Shown here: piece by piece, positions 58,030 through 64,000 of the stretch
How positions within the stretch are numbered: position 1 is the first letter of the stretch
How the letters are laid out: each line of letters opens with the position of its first letter
Assembly (NCBI GenBank): GCA_963707025.1
Contig: CAVPOM010000009.1
Coordinates: 288,001-352,000 of the forward strand
Length of the DNA stretch: 64,000 nt
Source of the DNA: an uncultured Verrucomicrobiae bacterium
Lineage (GTDB): Bacteria; Verrucomicrobiota; Verrucomicrobiia; Limisphaerales; Palsa-1400
Direction of reading: 5' to 3'
Notes under the pieces: generated by a model
Told to the model about the DNA's origin: nothing
The model's input: only the letters and a program-made list of their open reading frames with translations
Database searches by the model: none
Position numbers and translations under genes: made by a program

Positions 58030-58294
58030 CACCTGTCACCGGGCCGAAAATGAGTCAAAAAGTCCCAAAACAGATGAAAAGAGCGCTCCGGGCCGGTTTC
58101 TCGGCCATAATCGGTCGGCAATGGGCAAAAACAGCTTGGCCCAAGCCAATCCAACCGGCCATATTTTCCTCCCCTTTTCTCCCCTTGCGCCGCTGGTACC
58201 GCCATCGGATGACCCTCTTTCTCGATGCGCCCGAGCTTCTCCTGGCGCGCCCATCGGAGATCAAATTCGCCTGGCAGGTCCAACCAGGAATTTA

Positions 58295-58322
58295 TAATCA
58301 CACGCCAAGAAAATGCCGATGG
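58295..58322 (+). promoter_or_regulatory. Possible sigma28 promoter of cheD-HDOD
   Basis: TAAT-16 nt-GCCGATGG (consensus TAAA-N15-GCCGATAA). Confidence 0.35.
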
Positions 58323-58408
58323 AGTTAATGTATTCGAGTTTTATATTGCACTTAGATTTATGCTGTATGCTGCCCTTTTTGGCGCGTTGACTCAAAGCCG
58401 CTGAAGCC

Positions 58409-58930
58409 ATGGATTTGCCAAACCCAGCGGAATTTCTCCTGCCAGTCCGGGCCGGCCCGGCGGACTTTGCCGTCAGCCGCGATCCGCAAGCCGTGTTGTC
58501 CGCCGGGCCCCTGGGCGCGGGGTTGGGCGTCTGCTTTTACGACCCGCTGGCCAGGGCCGGCGGGTTGCTGCACGCCCTGCTGCCGGATTCGCGGCTGGAT
58601 CCATCCCGAGCCGCCCAACAGCCTGGAATGTTTGTTGACACCGGCCTGGCAGCCCTGCTCCAGAACGTGCAGAACCTGGGAGCCAGGGCCGAAAATCTTC
58701 TGGTCTGCGTCGCCGGCGGCGGGCGGATTCTGGAGGAAGAAGCTGATTTTGACATCGGGGGACAAAACTGCGCCGCCTTGGAGGCTTGGCTGGCCGGCCC
58801 GGGCCTGAAAATCCATGCCGCGGCCGTGGCGGGCCAGGCCAGCCGGATTTTGCGGCTCAACCTCGCCACAGGACAGGTCCGGGTCAGGCTGGCCGCCGGG
58901 GAGAAGGACATCATTTTATGCCAACCATAA
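58409..58930 (+). CDS. cheD: CheD-like protein (catalytic Cys absent)
   Basis: GGLLHALLP, PGMFVDTG, VAGGGRI, FDIGGQN; LGAGL replaces LGSCV. Confidence 0.8.
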   Translation: MDLPNPAEFLLPVRAGPADFAVSRDPQAVLSAGPLGAGLGVCFYDPLARAGGLLHALLPDSRLDPSRAAQQPGMFVDTGLAALLQNVQNLGARAENLLVCVAGGGRILEEEADFDIGGQNCAALEAWLAGPGLKIHAAAVAGQASRILRLNLATGQVRVRLAAGEKDIILCQP

Positions 58931-59760
58931 ATCAGTACCTCAACCGCGCGCGCAATCTGCCGCCGGGCCGGGTGGTGCCGGACCTGCTGAAATTGCTCAA
59001 GCGCCCGAATCTGGACAGCAGCAGAATCGTCCATCTGCTGGCGCCCGACCCCATGCTGACGGCGCAGGTGCTGCGGATTTGCAACAGCGCCTTTTACGGA
59101 GCGACGCCGACGGAAGATTTGTCGGAAGCGGTGACGCGGATTGGTTTTCAGGAGACCTATCGCGTCGTGGCGGCGACCAGCGGAGCGCGCCTGCTTGGCT
59201 CGGCGCTGGCGGGTTACGGCATGGGGCCGGGCGAACTTTGGCGGCACGGCTTTGTCGCGGCGACGGCGGCGCAAATCATCGCCCGCGAACTGGGCGAAGC
59301 GGAGAATCTGGTTTTCACCGCGGCGCTGATGCATGACGTGGGCAAAGTGATCCTGGCCCCGGCGCTGGAGGCGGCCGGCGCGAACCTGTCTCAGGAAACC
59401 CCGGTCCCGATGACGCTGGTGGAAGCGGAGAGAAAATGGTTGGGCGTGGAGCACGCGGAGATGGGCGGCCGTTTGTTGGAACGCTGGAATTTCCCGCCGG
59501 AGATCGTTTCGGCGGTCTGGTTTCATCACGTCCCCAAAGGCGCGCGGTCGGATCGAAGGCTGGCGGCGCTGGTCTATGTAGGCAACGTCATCGCCTGTCT
59601 GATGGGCCACACCCACGGCCACCTGGCCCTGGCCATGCGGGGGCGCAGCGAAGTATTTTCCATTCTTGGTCTTGCGCCCGAGAGCCTGCCCCGCTTCATG
59701 CTGGCCACTTTCGACCAATTGCAGACCCCGGACGCCCTATCCGCCCTGGCCGCCGTTTGA
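58918..59760 (+). CDS. HDOD domain protein
   Basis: DPMLTAQVLRICNSAFYG, AVTRIG, LWRHG, ALMHDVGK, HAEMGG.LLERWNFP. Confidence 0.88.
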   Translation: MPTINQYLNRARNLPPGRVVPDLLKLLKRPNLDSSRIVHLLAPDPMLTAQVLRICNSAFYGATPTEDLSEAVTRIGFQETYRVVAATSGARLLGSALAGYGMGPGELWRHGFVAATAAQIIARELGEAENLVFTAALMHDVGKVILAPALEAAGANLSQETPVPMTLVEAERKWLGVEHAEMGGRLLERWNFPPEIVSAVWFHHVPKGARSDRRLAALVYVGNVIACLMGHTHGHLALAMRGRSEVFSILGLAPESLPRFMLATFDQLQTPDALSALAAV

Positions 59761-60020
59761 GTCCCCGCGCATTTGCAGATGCCCATCCGCCGTCAAAATC
59801 CATGGTGGCCACGCAATGAGGACCACCGCCCCAATGGTTTGCAGAAGAACTTCGCCGGAGCAATGCGTGACTCTTGAGGGTAGGGCGGTCCCCGGATTAT
59901 CGGGACCCGCCACTCGATGGTGGTGCGAGGTTGATTCTCCGGCCAGAGTCTGAGGACGCCACTTGCCTCGCGGCGCCTAAAAACTGGCATGCGAACGGTG
60001 GCCCCTTTTACCACGGGCGG

Positions 60021-60971
60021 CTAGGGAGCCGTGGTGTTTATGTAATCCAGAATGGACAGGTGCATGATCACCTCGCTGCTTTGCAGGGCGGCTTGATAGG
60101 CGGTCTGGGTCTGGTCCAGTTTCGTCAGGGTGGTGGCCAGGTCGGCGCTGGTGAGATTGGAGGTCTGGGTGGTAATGTTGGTGCCCAGTTGCGTGGCCGC
60201 GGTGCCGGCGCTCTCCAAGGTGGATTGAAGGACCCCATTGTCCGCAATTCCGGAAACAATGTTGTTCTCGTCCTTGGTCAAGTTGGGGCTGTCGGTGGAG
60301 GCGATGGCGGCGGTGTTGCCGGAAGTCAGGTTCTGTTGCAGCGAAATCAAATCACGGAACAAATCCGCGCCGGAACGGCTGTCGGCCAGGAGTCCGACCG
60401 GGCCGGTGCCGGTGGGGTTGCCCCCGGGAACCAGGGCCGAAACGGTCTGGCCGGGGCCGATCTGGCTTTGGGACAGGGCGGTGTTGCCCTTGTAAGTGAC
60501 CGCGGTGACGTTGCCGTTGGCATCGGTGGTGGCGACAAACGGCGGCTGACTGTTCACGGTGCCGCCAAAAATGTAATGGCCCTGCGCGTCCTGGGTGTTG
60601 GCCGCCTGCAGTGCTTCCTGGATTAAATTGCCGACTTCCGTGGCGTAAGCAGCCATTTGAGTGGAGGAAGTGACGCCGCTGGCCTCAGTGGCGATTTCGC
60701 CGGCCTGTTCGGTGAGGGTTTGCAGGCTGTTCATGGCGGAGGCGGCGCTGGTGGCGGTGCCCTGAAGCTGGGTGATGTTGCCTTGGTATTGGGCATTGGC
60801 CCCGGCCTGCGCTTGCAGGTTGAGCACCTGTTCCATGGTGGCGGGGTCGTCCTCCGGCAAAGTGACTTTCAGACCCGTGGTGACCTCGCTTTGCAGTTGG
60901 ATCTGCTGGCTTTGCAGTTGATTGGTCTGCGCCAGGAAATTGCTGGCGAATAAATCGGTGGAGATGCGCAT
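60021..60971 (-). CDS. flgL: Flagellar hook-associated protein 3
   Basis: MRIST..TTGLKV..PEDDP, ANTQDAQGHYIFGG, ADLA..YQAALQ..LSILDY. Confidence 0.9.
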   Translation of the reverse strand: MRISTDLFASNFLAQTNQLQSQQIQLQSEVTTGLKVTLPEDDPATMEQVLNLQAQAGANAQYQGNITQLQGTATSAASAMNSLQTLTEQAGEIATEASGVTSSTQMAAYATEVGNLIQEALQAANTQDAQGHYIFGGTVNSQPPFVATTDANGNVTAVTYKGNTALSQSQIGPGQTVSALVPGGNPTGTGPVGLLADSRSGADLFRDLISLQQNLTSGNTAAIASTDSPNLTKDENNIVSGIADNGVLQSTLESAGTAATQLGTNITTQTSNLTSADLATTLTKLDQTQTAYQAALQSSEVIMHLSILDYINTTAP

Positions 60972-60997
60972 AGGTTTTAATCCGGTTGGCAGTATTA

Positions 60998-62383
60998 TTA
61001 GTGCTTCATGTTAATAACTGTCTCCATCATGGCGTTCAAGGTGGTGACCAGTTGGGCGGAGGCTTCGTAGGCCTTTTGGAACTCCATCAGATTGGTCATC
61101 TCTTGATCTATGGAAACCCCGCTTTGCGAACTGCGCTGATCGGTCAAGGTGGTGCTGATGGCCTGGCTGGTGTTGAGCTGCTCGGCCGCCGTGTCTATGG
61201 CATGGCCCAGGTTGGCGACGGCCTGGGCGTAGCTCTGGGTCAGGGACTGGTTGCCCAGGGCGGCGTTGTTCTGCGTGGCCAGGTCCGCCAGGGAAAGGGC
61301 GATCTGGCTGTCCCCGCCGGCCCCGGGGATGCTGCTGGCCTGGAACTGGGAGGGGTCGGAAACCAGGCTGCTGTTGACGCCGATGTCGGCGGCGCTGGTT
61401 CCGGTGAAAAAAACCTGGCCGGTGCCGCCGCTGGCATCATAGCCCGCCGAATATATATTATTGACTTGTGTAATGAGTTGCCCAGCCAGGGTGTCGAGGC
61501 TGGTTTGCAGGCCGGCCAGCGCGCCGTCGCGGGCGGCGATGTTGCCGCCGATGCTTCCGCCGGTCACGGCCAGGGGCGTGGCCCCATTCCCGTCCTGGAT
61601 GAGGAGCTGTCCGCCTCCGGTGTCGTAAGTTTGCAGGCCGTCAACCGCCTGCCCGCCGCTGACCATGGACACGCCGCCGATGCTGATGTCCACGCTGCCG
61701 TTGGCCTGGGCGGCGGTGGAAATGTTGACCATGCTGGCGAGGTGCTCGATGGTTTGCTGGCGTGTATCCACCAAATCATCGGCCGTGCCTCCCCCGGCTT
61801 CGGCCAGGACGATCTGTAGGTTGAGGGTGGCGATCTGGCTCAAGTCCTGGTTGCTGGAGGCCACCTCGTTTTCAATGGTGGTGTTCAAATTGCCGCGGAC
61901 CTGGCTGAGGTTGGCGGAAACCTGGTTGAATTGGTTGGTCACTTCCTGCGCGCTTTGCACGACCGTGGCCGGGTCGCCCGCGCCGGTGGTCATGCTGGAA
62001 AAGGAATTGAAAAGATTGGAGAGCATGGCGGCCAGGCCGGTGGTGCTGGCGGCGGAGGCGCTGGTGAGTTGCTCGCCCAGGTAAGCCTCGGCATTTTGCA
62101 GGGCGCTTTGCTGGGCGGTGAAGGAGCCGGTGAGGCTGTTTTCAGCGACAATTTGGTTGTCCAGCAGGCTGTCGCGAGATTCGCTGATGGAGACCACGTT
62201 GGCGCCGGTGCCTTCCTCCCCGGCGGGCGTTTCCAGCCCCGGGGTGGTTTGGACCACCGCCTGCTCGTCAGCGTAGCCCGGATTATTGACATTGGCCATG
62301 TTTTGTCCGGCCACGGCCATGGCCTCCTGCTGCGTGGCAAGAGACCGGGAAGCCAGATCGAGCGTACCAAAGAGTCCGAGCAT
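60998..62383 (-). CDS. flgK: Flagellar hook-associated protein 1
   Basis: GQNMANVNNPGY, GTGA, SGVSIDQEMTNLMEFQKAYEASA. Confidence 0.93.
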   Translation of the reverse strand: MLGLFGTLDLASRSLATQQEAMAVAGQNMANVNNPGYADEQAVVQTTPGLETPAGEEGTGANVVSISESRDSLLDNQIVAENSLTGSFTAQQSALQNAEAYLGEQLTSASAASTTGLAAMLSNLFNSFSSMTTGAGDPATVVQSAQEVTNQFNQVSANLSQVRGNLNTTIENEVASSNQDLSQIATLNLQIVLAEAGGGTADDLVDTRQQTIEHLASMVNISTAAQANGSVDISIGGVSMVSGGQAVDGLQTYDTGGGQLLIQDGNGATPLAVTGGSIGGNIAARDGALAGLQTSLDTLAGQLITQVNNIYSAGYDASGGTGQVFFTGTSAADIGVNSSLVSDPSQFQASSIPGAGGDSQIALSLADLATQNNAALGNQSLTQSYAQAVANLGHAIDTAAEQLNTSQAISTTLTDQRSSQSGVSIDQEMTNLMEFQKAYEASAQLVTTLNAMMETVINMKH

Positions 62384-62399
62384 AAATGGTTGGTTGGTG

Positions 62400-62906
62400 T
62401 CAGCCCACGGCGTTGTAAAGCGGGTGGACGTTGAGCACCGAGCCGCGCTTGTGGCCGTTGCCGTTATAGAGGGAGGTTTGACGCGCCGGAAAAAGCGTGC
62501 GCAACAATTCCTGCATCAATTCCACCGAGCGGCGCAACAGGACGTGGTTTTGCCGCGCCCGCTGGCGGACCCGTCCCAGCAATTGGTTGTTTTCATCCAC
62601 CAACGCCCGCAGCAGCGGCCGGTAATCGGGCGGCAGGAGTGGGATCAAATGGGTGAACGAGGCGCTTTCCGGCTGGCGGCAGGCCAGCGCGGCCGCGCCG
62701 CGGCATTTCTCGCGCTGTTGCCGTGCGCCCTGGATGGCGGCGGCCTGGGCCTGAATGAGGCTGATGGACTGGAAAATCTCCCCGGCGGAGCGCGCTTTGA
62801 CCTGCTCCTGCTGGCGGTCCAGCAGGACCAGCATTTCGCCATACTGCTGCAATTCCTCGCGCAACGCGGCGATAAGCGGCCCAAGGCTGTCGGTAGAGTC
62901 ATTCAT
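62400..62906 (-). CDS. flgN: Flagellar export chaperone FlgN
   Basis: Helical protein with N..LL and a terminal YN..G; lies between flgJ and flgK. Confidence 0.7.
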   Translation of the reverse strand: MNDSTDSLGPLIAALREELQQYGEMLVLLDRQQEQVKARSAGEIFQSISLIQAQAAAIQGARQQREKCRGAAALACRQPESASFTHLIPLLPPDYRPLLRALVDENNQLLGRVRQRARQNHVLLRRSVELMQELLRTLFPARQTSLYNGNGHKRGSVLNVHPLYNAVG

Positions 62907-62909
62907 GGA

Positions 62910-63290
62910 TTACTGGCTTGATTTTTTATGCAAGGCAACGGCCAGCGGCGTCAGGGTGGGAGGCGCCGCCGACGCGTTGGGCAATACCTGATGGGCCAGT
63001 TCGCCCTGCAAACTTTTGCCCAGCCCGAACGAGCCGGAGCGGCTGATGCTCTCGGCCAGTTGGTTGTTGATCATGTCATCATAAATCCCCGAGGTCGTGG
63101 CGTCCGCCGGGGAAGAGGGGGTGACCGAGGACTTGCGCGTTTCCTGCAACATCTGGCGCAACAGCACCGCTTCAAATTGCCGCGAAACTTCCGCCACTTT
63201 TTCCTGGTCGGGAATATTCTTGTTGGCCGCCAGATCGCGCAACGGCACGTCGCAAGCCTTGAGGTGGGGATGAAGCGCCAGGAGGTTCAT
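62910..63290 (-). CDS. flgJ: FlgJ rod-binding domain protein (no muramidase domain)
   Basis: QFEAVLLRQML..YDDMINNQLAE..GSFGLG. Confidence 0.8.
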   Translation of the reverse strand: MNLLALHPHLKACDVPLRDLAANKNIPDQEKVAEVSRQFEAVLLRQMLQETRKSSVTPSSPADATTSGIYDDMINNQLAESISRSGSFGLGKSLQGELAHQVLPNASAAPPTLTPLAVALHKKSSQ

Positions 63291-63291
63291 G

Positions 63292-64000
63292 TTAGCGAAG
63301 GATTAATTCGGCCTGCAAGGCCCCCGCCTCTTTCATGGCTTCGAACATGGACATCATGTCGCGCGGGGTGACGCCGAGGGAATTGAGGGCGGAGGCGACC
63401 TTTTCCACCGTCGGCAATTCGGGCAGCGCCACCATGGATCCCTTGTCCTCTCTTATCTTGGCGTCGGTGCGGGTGGTGACGGCGGTGGTGCCGCCCTGGC
63501 TGAAAGCGTTGGGCTGCGACACGTCCTGGGTGGAGGCGATGCTGATGGTGACGTTGCCGTGGGAGACGGCGCAACTGGAGATGTGAATGCGCGCCGTGGC
63601 CACGATGGTGCCGGTGCGTTCGTTGATCACGATGCGGGCCGGAACGTCCGGCGTGACCAGCAGCATTTCCAACTGGGCAATGAAATCAATGGGCGACCCT
63701 CCCCAATTGGCCGGTATTTGCACCTGGACGCTGGTCGCATCCAGCGCCGTGGCGGAATTGGTAAATCTCTCATTGACGGCCACGGCCATGCGCGCGGCGG
63801 AAGTAAAATCCGGCTCGCGCAGGATCAGTTCCAAATGATGGTCGCTGATGATGGTGGCGGGGATTTCCCGCTCGACCAGCGCGCCGTTGATGATCGTCCC
63901 CACCGTGGGATGGTTCTTTTGCACGGTGGCGCCGCCCGCTCCCCCCGCGCCCGCGGATAGCCCGCCAATGGACAGTGTGCCCTGACCCACCGCATAAACA
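63292..64000 (-). CDS. flgI: Flagellar P-ring protein (5' truncated by the window)
   Basis: NHPTVG.I.NGALVER, PDFTSA, IVINERTGTIV, AVSHG, LNSLGVTPRD..GALQAEL. Confidence 0.95.
   Translation of the reverse strand, partial: VYAVGQGTLSIGGLSAGAGGAGGATVQKNHPTVGTIINGALVEREIPATIISDHHLELILREPDFTSAARMAVAVNERFTNSATALDATSVQVQIPANWGGSPIDFIAQLEMLLVTPDVPARIVINERTGTIVATARIHISSCAVSHGNVTISIASTQDVSQPNAFSQGGTTAVTTRTDAKIREDKGSMVALPELPTVEKVASALNSLGVTPRDMMSMFEAMKEAGALQAELILR

Overview
GC-rich bacterial chromosomal segment, most likely Verrucomicrobiota (Pedosphaera/Limisphaera-like). This is inferred from secreted proteins with '...W...YRL/FYRV' C-terminal tails, an ECF sigma with a TM/periplasmic extension, a BlaR1-like M56 protein and the intergenic repeat style. 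Contents: housekeeping genes (proA, maf, prfA, rpmE, PPi-type pfk, C-terminal half of carB, lplT-aas, beta-carbonic anhydrase, flotillin/NfeD); secreted enzymes (amidase, GH51, S53 protease, lipase); five toxin-antitoxin modules or remnants in intergenic gaps; many short tandem and REP-like repeats; and part of a flagellar cluster (flgI-J-N-K-L, cheD-HDOD, fliW-csrA). No rRNA, tRNA, CRISPR array, transposase or integrase was recognised. Several genes, including the essential prfA, carry clustered single-base indels that look like long-read consensus errors. Most notable: (1) an ECF sigma / anti-sigma-like chimera (pilin-like helix + secretin N0/N1-like + Gly-rich linker + secretin C-terminal motif + YfbK-type vWA) / ~2,150-aa lipoprotein operon; (2) a 102-aa mini-flagellin in a sigma54 fliW-csrA-miniFla-TPR operon; (3) duplicated gene 5' ends flanking inserted TA or repeat DNA; (4) a stand-alone half CarB; (5) a CheD lacking its catalytic Cys; (6) a degenerate attC-like cassette. 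All family calls are motif recognition by eye; no searches were run.
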